This document shows positions 25,005-36,109 of a DNA stretch of 64,000 nt, one piece after another. The translations under genes were made by a program, and so were the position numbers. This stretch comes from Malacoraja senta (lineage: Eukaryota): positions 1,798,001 through 1,862,000 of the forward strand of contig CM075991.1 of assembly GCA_038087875.1 (NCBI GenBank), in the 5' to 3' direction. The notes below the pieces were generated by a model that had not been told where the DNA came from, did not search any database, and saw only the letters and a program-made list of their open reading frames with translations. Within the stretch, counting starts at the first letter, position 1. Every line of letters starts with the position of its first letter.

Positions 25005-25785
25005 AGGTAAAGTTCTCCCTTACATCGCAAGGCACTCCACAAACTCCCTTTCTTTGGAGTCCAGTACAAACCTGATTTTTGCAGTCTACCTGCATGTTGA
25101 AACCACCCAAAACAACCGTAGCATTACCTTTACAACATGTCAATCTTAACTCTTGATTCAACTTGCACCCTATATCCAGGCTATTGTCTGTGGGCCTGTA
25201 GATAAGTCCTATTAGGGTATTTTACCATTACAATTCCTTAGTTCTATCCATACTGATCCCACATCTCTTGTTTCAATGTCACCCCTTGCATGGGACTGAA
25301 TTTCATTCCTCATCAACAGAGCTACCCCACCCCATTTGCCCACCTGTCTGTCTTTTCGATAGGACGTATACCCTTGAATATTCATTTCCTTGCCCTGGCC
25401 ATCTTGCAGCCATGTCTCTGTAATTCCCACAAAATCATACTTGCCAAACTCTAACTGAGCCTCAAGCTCATCAGCTTTATTTCTTATACTTAGCGCATTT
25501 ATATACAACACTTTGACTTTGGTGTTCACCTCCCCTCTCACACCGGTCACTATTGGCCCTGACCTTACTCTCTTATCCTTTCTCGAACATTCCTTCCCAT
25601 TAATTGGGGAGTCTTTTGTAACTTTTTCCCGCACTCACTTCCCCATTAACTCCATCTTTATATTCCCAATTTGTCAACCCCCCCCCCCCCATTATTTGGT
25701 TTAAACCCACACGTGTAGCACGAGCAAACCTGCCTGTCAGAACGTTGGTCCCCCTCCAGTTAAGGTGTAACCCATCCCTTTTGTA
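25005..25785 (-). mobile_element. CR1 fragment (end of ORF1 and APE endonuclease)
   Basis: YKRDGLHLNWRGTNVL (SGNH end); LYINALSIRNKADEL, GITETWL, GY..YRKDR..GKWGGVAL. Confidence 0.9.
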
Positions 25786-28104
25786 CAACAACATATTGAA
25801 TTGCAGTTACTCACCCAGCCTACTCCGACAGCGCGTCACAAACCTATAAACACTTCTGCCAAGGCATAAATGTGCAGCAGGTCCATGCGATTATTGTCAC
25901 GCGTAATAAAACTGTTGATCGGCCACAACTATAGTATTGGCTCTGTCCCGCACGCCGAAGTTCAGGAAGTGTGTTAATGGCTTAGATAAGTTTCAAAGTA
26001 GATTTACTGGAGTGATTCCAAGTGCAACATTTTATTCACATAGAAAGGTTGAAGAGGAAGCTGTTCAAATGTGAACGGGATGCCAACGTCCGAAACCAAC
26101 ATAACAATCAGGAAGCCTCAAGGGCATGTGGATAAAACAGAACGACAAGCCACTAGAGAAAAGTTAAAACAATCCGGAAGGAAATGAAATAAAACGAATG
26201 GCAAAGGAAACTAAAGTGAAATGTGGGAACATTTACGTCCTGTCCACGCTGCAGCCTAACGGGAATCTTTTCACTCCTTCCAACTTCTGACAATGGTCTT
26301 CCACCTCAAAAATCAACTCGGTTACTCCTGCCATGGGGCTGTCCAGAGGCGCAGCGGTAGAGCTGCTGCCTCACAACGTCGGGTCGGATCCTGTCTCCGG
26401 GTGCTGTCTGTGCGGAGTTTGTACGTTCTCCCGGTGGCCGCGTGGGATTTCTCCGGGTTCGCGCCATTTCATAGAAACAGAAACAAAAACATTTCCTTTC
26501 ACACTCCAAAGACTTGCAGGTTTGTGGGTTTATATTTTCCGTAAATTGCCCCTAGTGTGTAGGATGCAAGTGTGAATACAAAAGGACTGTACTTTTTGCA
26601 TTTCCAGCATCTGAAGCTTTCTGTCAGGGGTTGTTTACAATTCGCCAGTGGCGAGGATCTGGAAGGCTCTGGCATTTGAGGTGGGGGAGGGGGGTTGGCG
26701 GATTAAAATTCAGCTGATCGGGGACTGAAAGGGAGAAAAGGAGCTTCGGGCAAGTGAGGAGCGGGTTTACGCGGGATCATATCATATGGTTGTGAATACG
26801 ATGACACCCATCATTAAAGGGGAAGTAGATTGGACTTTTCTGCCTTCAATCACAGTGAGAAATGTGGGAAATCCGATGTGGTGGATGTTTATGTTAACTT
26901 TTATATAGTTGTGTGTCTTGTTGCTCTTTTTTTCGTATGGCTGTATGGTAATTCGCATATCGCTGTATCTTAATTGGTACATGTGACAATAAAAGACCTT
27001 TGAAACCTTTACACTTTTACCGCTATATCGTTACGAACGCCATGGGAGTGTCCGCAAAAACGAGTATTGTTTGTATCCCCGCACGAGGGTTGGGTGCTGA
27101 CCAGAATGTTCGTCCGTAATACGAGGAAGATCAAAGGTTTTTTAACAGTTGTCTTGGAAGTGGGAATCTAGAGAGAGTTGAGAGTTATCTACACAGGGTT
27201 ATGAAATGTGTAAATCAGACAGGGAAACATGAGTGGCGGTGACTGTTTGCAAAAGAGGAAGCAACAACGGCGATTTACTGGCCCTTGTGGACACCGAAGT
27301 GAGAACAATCAGAAGAGATGTAACTGACAGACTGCGCATGGGATATTGTTATATGTTATGTTTAAGAAGGAACTGCAGATGCTGGAAAATCGAAGGTAGA
27401 CAAACATGCCGGAGAAACTCAGCGGGTGAGGCAGCATCTATGGAGCGAAGGAAATAGGCGACGATCCTTCTTCAGACTGATGTGGGGGTGGGAGGGGCGG
27501 GAAGATGAAAGGAAGAGGCGGAGACAGTGGGCCGGGAGAGATGGGAAGGGGAGGGGAAAGAAGGAGAAAGCAGGGATTACCTAAAATTGGAGAAGTCAAT
27601 GTTCATACCGCTGGGGTGTAAACTACCCAAGCGAAATATGAGGTGCTGCTCCTCCAATTTACGGTGGGACTCACTCTGGCCATGGAGGAGGCCCAGGACA
27701 GAAAGGTCGGATTCGGAATGGGAGGGGGAGTTGAAGTGCTGAGCCACCGGGAGATCATGTTGGTCATTGCGAACAGAACAGAGGTGTTGGGCGAAGTGAT
27801 CGCCAAGCCTACGCTTGGTCTCACCTGACTGCTTGGGTCCTTGGATGGAGTCAAGGGGGGAGGTAAAGTGACAAGTTTAGCATTTCCTGTGGTTGCAAGG
27901 GAAAGCGCCAGGAGAGGGGGTGGTTTGGGTGGGAAGGGACAAATTGACCAGGGAGTTACGGAGGGAGCGGTCTCTGCGGAAAGCCGAAAGGAGAGGAGAT
28001 GGGAAGATGTGGCCAGTGGTGGGATCCTGTTGGAGGTGGCGAAAATGACGGAGGATTATTTGTTGTATGTGACGGCTGGTAGGGTGGAAGGTGAGGACAA
28101 GGTC

Positions 28105-28960
28105 AATGTGTACACCGGTCACTGGAAGTTGGCTTACAAGTACAGCAGGCAGTGAAGAAAGCTAATGGGTTGTTGGCCTTCATAACAAGAGGAATTCAGT
28201 ATAGGAGTAAAGAGGTTCTTCTGCAGTTGTATAGGGCTCTGGTGTGACCACATCTGGAGTATTGTGTTAAAGAAGGAACTGCAGATGCTAGAAAATCAAA
28301 GGTACACAAAAATGCTGGAGAAACTCAGCGGGTGCAGCAGCATCTATGGAGCGAAGGAAATAGGCAATGTTTCGGGCCGAAACCCTTCTTCAGACTATGG
28401 AGTATTGTGTACAGTTTTGGTCTCCTAATTTTGAGGAAGAACATCCTTGTGATTGAGGCAGTGCAGCATAGGTTCATGAGATTGATCCTGGGATGGCGGG
28501 GCTGTCATTGAGGAAGAAAGATTGAAAAGACTAGGCTTGTAATCACGAGTTTAGAAGGATGAGGGGGCTTCTTACAGAAACATATAAAATTATAAAAATG
28601 ACTGGACAAGCTAAGATGCAGGAAAAATGTTCCCAATGTTGGGCGAGTCCAGAACCACGGGCCACAGTCTTAGAATAAAGGGGAGGTCATTTAAGACTGA
28701 GGTGAGAAAAAACTTTTTCACCCAGACGATGTGAATTTATGGAATTCCCTGCCACAGAGGGCAGTGGAGGCCAAATCACTGGATGGATTTAAGAGAGAGT
28801 TAGATAGAGCTCTAGGGGCTAGTGGAGTCAAGGGATATGTGGAGAAGGCAGGCACGGGTTATTGATAGGGGACGATCAGCCATGATCATAATGAATGGCG
28901 TTGCTGGCTCGAAGTGCCGAATGGCCTCCTCCTGCACCTATTTTCTAAGTATCTATGTTT
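28105..28960 (+). mobile_element. CR1 3' fragment nested in the Penelope element
   Basis: QQAVKKANG..EYC..FWSP region with many indels and a (TCTATGT)-like tail. Confidence 0.85.
28268..28397 (-). mobile_element. 130-bp Penelope pLTR-derived mini insertion with hammerhead core and 13-bp TSD
   Basis: TSD tggagtattgtgt at 28255-28267 and 28398-28410; minus strand begins tagtCTGAAGAagggtttcggcccGAAAC. Confidence 0.85.
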
Positions 28961-30048
28961 CTGAGGGGGACTTTGCCCTTGTTACAAGTGGGGGGATGGG
29001 GGAGTGAGAGCAGAGTTACGGGGTATAGAAGAGACCCTGGTGAGAGCCGCCTCATCTATAGTAGAACAGGGATTCCCTGTTCCCTAAAGAATGAGGACAA
29101 CTCTGATGCCCTGCTGTGGAACACCTCATCCTGGGTGCAGATGCGGCATAGACGGAGCTATTGGGAGTGGGGGGTGGAGTACTTACAGGAAACAGGGTGG
29201 GAAGAAGAGTAGTCTAGATAGCCATGTGAGTCAGTGGGTTTATAGTAGATGTCGGTCAGTATTCTGTCACCTGCGATGGAGATAGTGAGGTCTAGAAACT
29301 GTAGGTAGATGTTGGAAATCGTCCAGGTGTATTTGAGTGCCAGATGGAAGTTAGTGGTGAATTGAATGAAGTCAGTCAGTTCTGTATTGATGCTGGAGGT
29401 AGCACCAATGCAGTCGTCGATGTAGCGGAGGTAGAGGTCAGGGATAGGGCCATGGTACGCCTCGAACAAGGATTGTTCGACATACCCTACAAAGAGGCAG
29501 GCATAGCTTGGGCCCATGCGCGTGCCCATAGCTACGCCTTGGATTTGGAGGAAATGGGAGGAGTTAAGCGAAGAGTTTTGAGATAAGGACCAGCTCCGCT
29601 AGGCGGAGGAGAGTATCAGTAGATGGGGATTGGTTGGTTCTGCAGTCGAGGAAGAAACGGAGGGATTTAAGACCCTCCTGGTGGGAGATGGAGGTGTAGA
29701 GTGACTGGACCATCCATGGTGAAGATGAGGGAATGGGGCCTAGAAAATGGAAGTCAAGACAAAGAGCGTGTGAGGTATCTTGAACATACGTAGGAGGGAT
29801 TTAACCAAGTGGGATGGATGGAGTCGAGGTTATGTGAAATATGTTCGTGGGGCACGAATAGGCCGAAACAATGGGTCTGCCAGGACAGTCAGGTTTGTGG
29901 ATTTTGAGGAGAAGGTAAAATCGGGCCCTGCGGGGCTGCGGAACGATGAGGTTGGAGGCTTGGGAGGGCAGGAAGCCGGAAGTGATGAAGTCAGTGAAGT
30001 GGCCTGGTGCTCGTCTGTGAGGTCATGGTCCAAGGTTAAGTAGGAGGA

Positions 30049-30133
30049 AGGCACACAAAAATGCAGGAGAAACTCAGCGGGTGCAGCAGCATCTATGGAG
30101 CGAAGGAAATAGGCAACGTTTCGGGCCGAAACC
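30049..30133 (-). mobile_element. 85-bp Penelope pLTR-derived mini insertion with 12-bp TSD
   Basis: TSD taagtaggagga at 30037-30048 and 30134-30145. Confidence 0.85.
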
Positions 30134-31169
30134 TAAGTAGGAGGACGTGTCTTAGATTTGGCAAGTGGCCTCAGCCTTGTAGAGATCAGCGCGCCAGACT
30201 ACCACGGCACCTCCCTTGTCGGCAGTTTTGATCACCCAGTCTGGGTTGTTGCAGAGTAAGTGGAAGGCTGGTCCTTGGGGGGGGGGGGTTAGAGTTCGAA
30301 AGGGGAGTGGAGAAGTTGAGGCGCTGATGTCCTGCCGGCAGTTAAAATAAAAAGGTTTAAAGCCGGTAGATGGCCACGAGGGGGAGTCCAAGAGAAGGGT
30401 TCCGTTGGAGACGAGAGAAGGGGTCACACTGGGTGGCGAGGACTCCTTCCCATGGAAAAACGCTTTGATGCGGAGGAGACGGAAGAAGAGCTCCACATCG
30501 TGGCGGACGCGGAACTCATTGAGGTGGGGACGGAGGGGAACAAAGGTGAGGCCTCTGCTGAGGACAGACCGTTCCGTATCCGAGAGGGGGAGGTCAGGGG
30601 GGATGGTGAACACACGGCAAGGATGGGGGTTGGGGCCGGAGGAAGGCAGGTGAGTGGACTGACGCCGAGGCGGTGGGTGGTCAGGGAGGAAGGGGGTATG
30701 AGGCCTATAGTGTGGGTGGGGAAGAGCTGGGGTAACATGGTTTGAGGGGGAAGGGGAAGACCAAGTGGAACAACCATTGAGGTTGTTATAGTCACTGTGT
30801 TATGGTCACTGACACAAGTCCAAAGAAGGGTCTCGATCCGAAACGTCACCCATTCCTTCTATCCAGAGATGCTGCCTGTCCCACTGAGCTGCTCCAGCAT
30901 TTTGTGTCTATCTCAGAGTTTTTTTGCTTTGCCTCCTGAAGGCGCACCTGATAACGATGGCGACATCTCACTATTAAGGTCTTGGGAAGATCGCGATAGA
31001 ACAAATTGCCAGAATCGCGATAAGTGAGAAGATTATTAAAAAATGACCCCCCTGTAATGACAAGCACCAATCAGCTAATCAGTTTTAATGGCTCGTGTCA
31101 ACTTCCCCGAGCATTGTATCTGCAATAGAGCTGTTTACATTAATTGTTCACGACCCATTGACATAGCAG

Positions 31170-32850
31170 TCCTCAGCAGAGGCGATATATTTGCATCCCA
31201 TGCGCCAACTCCTCGATCTGTCCCGAGGCGCCAGGATGTCGAGCTTTTCGTGCATCGTCTACCCCGGCATGCCTATTTATTTCGACCACACTGATGACCC
31301 CCTTCTCCCGACTCAAATACTCCTCCCCTGGACAACCCCTGCATGACGGCCAACCTCCCTCGACTGTTTGATCTCCTACTGCCACCACAACATCGACCAT
31401 CGCTATTTCTCCACTACCCCACACAGCTCTCGACTTACTCAATACTACTCCCAATATTAGCATCAAACCCACTGACAAGGGAAGTGCCATCATAGTCTGG
31501 TAGACTGATCTCTAGCGTGCTGAGGCCAGGCGTCAGATCTCAGACACACCCATGCTCACCATTGACACTGAACCAGTGACGCCTCCACAGCTTCCAACCC
31601 GTTTCCCCGTTGCCCAGTCGTTATAGTCCAGTTCCTTTACAGGTCCAGTCCCCATCAGGAAGGCCTCGGGGCTTCCGTTTCTTCCGCGAACAGATAACCA
31701 ATCAGATTCCCTCAGCTAACATTCTGCTCCAGGGTCGAGACCAAGGGTGGACTCGGCGACCGTTTTGCCGAACAAGCGCTCGGTCCGCCAAGGCCTATTG
31801 GATCGCCCGGTTACTAACGGTTTTATCTCCCCTTGCAATCCCCATACTGCCCTTTCTGTCCTGGGCCTTCTCCATTGATAGAGAGAGGCCACGCTCAAAT
31901 TGGAGGAACAGAACCTCATATTATTATTGTGCAGCTTGAATCCCTACAGTATGAACATTAAATTCTCCACATTTAGGTAATGGCAATCCGCCCCTGCCCC
32001 CCTGCCCCCCTGACCCCCTCCCCCCCGTGCCCGACGTGGACTCGCATGCATATCTCCCTCCTTCCATATACATTCCTTCTCAAGCTTCTAAATTCATAAC
32101 TCTTCAATCCTTGTGTCTCACAACTGTCTTTTCATCTCTGGCCTTTGTCCAAATATCAGCCTGCAAAATACCCCCACCCTCCACCATCACCTGCCTATTA
32201 CCTGCCAGAATTTGCTCTGTCCCTCCTCCCTATAGCTCCCCAACTCACCCACTACCATCAGTCGGAAGTAGGATCCCGATCTGAAACCTCGCCTATCCAT
32301 GTTCCATGGGGATTCTGCCTGATCCGCAGAGTTTTTGCCTTTTTCCTCTGCTCCACCTGATGGATATCTCACCCAACAAGCTTTCTTTTGGTTTCTCTTA
32401 TTTTCCCCGTGTCAAAAGTGTAGCATGTATACTCGCATCGGCCCATTTATGCCTGTCCTTTCGTTGATTACAGCGAATGCTCTTTGCTCTACACATAACC
32501 CGCAGAATCCCCAAACATGTGTCTGCTACATCGATGGTTGTGTCTGGGCTGCCTCCTGTACACAGGGACCGATTGATTGCGTCAATTTCACTAATAATTT
32601 CGACCCAGCCCTAAACTTCATTTGGTCTATCTGTGATAACTCTCTCCAGTCTCTTGAGATCTCTGGATCGATCACGGGGGATAGAATAGAATATCCACCG
32701 ACACGTAGTAGAAACCCATTGATTCTCACAGCTACCTTTACTACACCTACACCCACGCCTCTTGCAAGGTCTCCATATCTTACTCTGAGTCTCTCTGCCT
32801 TTTCTCCAATTGTTCCCAAGATAATGCTTCCACTCCAGGACATCTGAAAT
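31170..32850 (+). mobile_element. Old, rearranged Penelope-like fragments
   Basis: Degenerate VLSRG..DVELF, KPTDKGSAIIVW, CYIDGCV and KLEEQNLI segments. Confidence 0.7.
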
Positions 32851-32949
32851 GTCCTCTTCTCGTTTTAAGATTACAAAAAAAACGAATGGGTGTTGTTTCA
32901 GTCTCTCTGAGACACTTGTTTCTTGACAAAATAAAACACACATTAATAT

Positions 32950-33446
32950 CAAACATCATCCAAAGTATTTATTACGTTTTTCGATCTTTCCATTAAACAC
33001 GGTGAGAATGAAAAAAATATTACTGACCATAGCCAGAACAATGTAAGGTGTGGTAAAACCGAGATTGCATTAATTTGATCTCTCGTGCTCTCTTAAGCAA
33101 TTATGCCGAATATTGGAAAAAGCTCAAAAAGACAAATTCCGATAAATTGTTTACCATTGAATAAATGTAACTTTGATCTCTCTTCCAAGGGTTTCCTACA
33201 AATCCAGTCAGTTTCCTACACGTGCGCATTAGCAGAATAAAAATGTTTTCATGCAAGCTCTCGGACAAACATCAAATGCAGTGATCTCAAAACCAATCAA
33301 TATGTGTGTTTGTGATTATACAGCGAGTGAAGGCAATGCAGTGGAGATCTGCTTGTTCATGTTGCTGGAAAGGTGAGAGGTATGTACTGTCCAATGAAAC
33401 TCAGAACCTTTTTCATCACTTCAGGACTCGCGTTGGAAGAAAGTAC
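32950..33446 (-). other. Candidate 3'-UTR terminal exon of the SRCR receptor gene
   Basis: Acceptor ttttattcctcag| at 33447/33446; minus-strand AATAAA at 32973-32968. Confidence 0.5.
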
Positions 33447-33824
33447 CTGAGGAATAAAAACATTGCGTAAGCTAAAATGTACAATGGAGTTAAATAGAAA
33501 TAGTCGTGATAATATTGTCTCCATTAAAGCCTCTAAATTACCAATGCATGGTCTAAGCATACGGAAAGTATTTCCTGAAAATTAATAGATACCGGCGTCA
33601 TGATATCATGTAGAGGCAATGTAAAAGTAACTTTTTTTTTCAACGCAAGTATCTGCAATATTCTCATTGATAAATTTAATTCGTATAGCGTCACTGATAC
33701 TTCACCATAGTCCTCATTGTTCGGTGGGAAATGCATCCTGAATTGCACAACTCCCAACCCACACATCGCTGGTGTCGGGATACAGACAGAGGAAGCAAAC
33801 AATGAAATGTTTTCCTTACCGCCT

Positions 33825-33979
33825 TCATGGCTCTGATGTTAAACATGGAAACGAATCATCGACCCGAATGGGTGCTGCAAGGGCAGGAACAGTGAATGTG
33901 CCGCAGTGAAGTTGGTCATTGCTGTTTGTAGAGCAGGCAGCCGGGAAAGCAGGATCGGGGAGAATCTGCGGAGTCCGCT
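33825..33979 (-). CDS. SRCR receptor: last coding exon (ERTPQILPDPAF...LTSEP*)
   Basis: Acceptor tcactcccgcag|, phase 1; TGA at 33827-33825, 5 nt before donor CG|gtaagg (33820). Confidence 0.6.
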
Positions 33980-34437
33980 CTGCGGGAGTGATAAAGAATG
34001 ACAGGAATCTCAGTGCGTGAGAGACGGCATCGCACGGCGAGGTTTGTCCAATTATGGAAGAACGGCGACATTGGAAAAATCATCAGGACAGATTGTGTAT
34101 AATTCTGTTATGTACAAGGACCCGTTGTTGGTGCACGGCGACTGGGAATGGTTTCTGTTTTCTACCTCCATTCAAGTGCAGGTCTACAACACAGTATATG
34201 GAAAACAAAAGCCGACATGAACATGTACTATCTAATAGGCATGTGGTCGACATTACAGTCGGGAGTGTCACCTTCTTGGAGTGAGAACAGAACTGCTCGT
34301 GGGCTGCTTTCTCGGAACATTGTATTTCATTTCATGAAAACTTTGAAGCACGGAAGTGAATACAGAAAAACTCAATCCGTGGAACGATTTCCCACACAGA
34401 TGCCCGGTTACTGTGTGATGGAAGAGACTGAACTCAC

Positions 34438-34569
34438 CGTCATTGTCGACATCATCGCCGGCAACTGTGGTCTTCAGAAGGTCATCGTCGCCAGCGCCCA
34501 TCGAGAACTGACAACCCCGAGAAGCGATGGTTTTACTCTCGGCATCGTCGTAGTCGTCAGGAACCAGGT
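34438..34569 (-). CDS. SRCR receptor: cytoplasmic exon (DLVPDDYDDAES...)
   Basis: cctcctag| and ACG|gtgagt; 132 nt, phase 1-1; YDDA motif. Confidence 0.8.
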
Positions 34570-35012
34570 CTAGGAGGAAGCATAAGCCAGAATTATGGTC
34601 CTGAAAGTCAATATTGTACAGCAAGCTCCGCCTGATAAGAGATTCTGTTGATCGTGTGAATGGGGATTTGGAAGGAGAGAGGATCTTGAGCCTTCTTGTG
34701 GCGATGAACTAATTAATCGCGCATCAAGCCTGCGCATTCATTTCACACAGCAAGGCCTACAACGCATTGTGTGTCAAAGGAGAAACATTGAATGTTTTGT
34801 TCAATCACACAGCTGGTTACAGACGAGAGATGTTTCTTCAAATTCAAACTCGATCACTGTTCTCTCGGAAAGAAAATATTTTCCAACACCTTGAGATCTT
34901 TTCCCACTCATTCTCGGCGGACATTATCGCACACATTTCTATGTTCGTTTCTGATCACAGGCAGAATGAAATAAAATAAGAAAAAGAGGAAACAAAATAA
35001 ATTTGTACCAAC

Positions 35013-35123
35013 CGTGAACGTTGGAGGAGTTTCCTTCGGGATATTCTTGTGCAAGTAGAGAACCATCCAGAGGGTCGCTGGTGTAATATTCGAGTTGATT
35101 GATGGAATCAATGGAACCAGAGA
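35013..35123 (-). CDS. SRCR receptor: cytoplasmic exon (VSGSIDSINQLEYYTSDPL...)
   Basis: gacttttag| and ACG|gttggt; 111 nt, phase 1-1, open frame. Confidence 0.7.
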
Positions 35124-35618
35124 CTAAAAGTCAACACAGCACAACCGACAGTTATTAAACTCTCCAATTTCAGGTTCCATATTTTACTTGCACTTTTCTT
35201 TCTCTTCTGATTCCAACTTCTGCCGACCTTTGACTTCTCCATGTCTCCGCTTATCACCCCCAGCCTTGGTGTCGACCTCCACTCTTCACCCCCAAATTCA
35301 CTCATCTGCAAATTACCCCCCCCCCCTCCGTATGGATATACCTCTCATTTTTCAGATCTTGCCCCACCTCATCCCCTTGCTTCTTTCTATTATCTGCTTC
35401 CACGTGGTCCTCTTGATGAAGGGTCCCGACTCCAAGCCCCTCTGCCCATTTCCCATCATAGATTCTGCCTGACCGCTGAGATCCTCCAGCAGATTGTTTT
35501 TATTGCATGGAGGATCTGTTGTTTTTGTTTTCTCTTTATTAAGTGATCATTAATGCGATTTTTGGAAATGAGGCCACATTTATCCTTTCAAAAGTGGATG
35601 TCAGGTGCAAATACTCAC

Positions 35619-35726
35619 CTGAATCATGTGTCTGGCTGAAATTATTGGCAGCAGGAAAATCCGCAATCTCTTCATAAATTGCCTGGTAAAAGCCGATCGG
35701 TGATCCCCTGCCACTAATATCTGCAG
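35619..35726 (-). CDS. SRCR receptor: first cytoplasmic exon (..FYQAIYEEIAD..)
   Basis: ccggcag| (alternative in-frame AG at 35720) and CAG|gtgagt; YEEI motif. Confidence 0.8.
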
Positions 35727-36109
35727 CTGCCGGAGACACGGTTGGGTTTAACTTACTGACATGCAAGACTTGAATTTAACAGTTCAAACTTTGTGAACAA
35801 GATGCAAAATGGTAACGCGTTGATAATCAAGGTAAAGTGTTGGTGAGCAGAAACATCGAAGAATCCCGCTGCACGGACTAATGTCTAATTGCATAAACGA
35901 GCTAATGATATTAACATCAGGAAGATCTAAAGCATGCTGCGTCAGTAGGACTTCTTCGCGTTGACAATGATTACATTCTGGGTGGCGTTGCCCGAGAGCC
36001 GTTGGAGCGGTCGGTCGCAGAGGGAGGAGGAACCGGAATCTGTAACGTTTCAAGTTCCACTCGCACTTCAAAAACAAGTGGGCTTAAGGAAGCCGCTGAT
36101 TGGTGGAAG

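Larger units (their letters stand above)
14876..25914. repeat. Right arm of the large inverted segmental duplication (longer because of arm-specific insertions)
   Basis: Inverted match to 702-9885, roughly 88-95% identical by eye. Confidence 0.95.
27361..30750 (-). mobile_element. Penelope-like element, near full length, degenerate, with nested insertions
   Basis: RT motifs MGTRMGPSYACLFVG and LRYIDD; N-terminus LSRGLTFVP..ADKGGAVVVW; C-terminus RHFRHLQQDPTTGHIFPSP; pLTR at 27361-27480. Confidence 0.9.

Noticed and set aside
702..25914. Assembly fold-back artefact or giant TIR transposon
   Set aside because: Arms carry many substitutions and independent TE insertions; no transposase or TSD; arms consist of ordinary genomic mosaic.
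34166..34183. 18-nt phase 1-1 microexon (DLHLNG) in the SRCR tail
   Set aside because: Good acceptor but weak donor (gtagaa); cannot be supported without RNA data.
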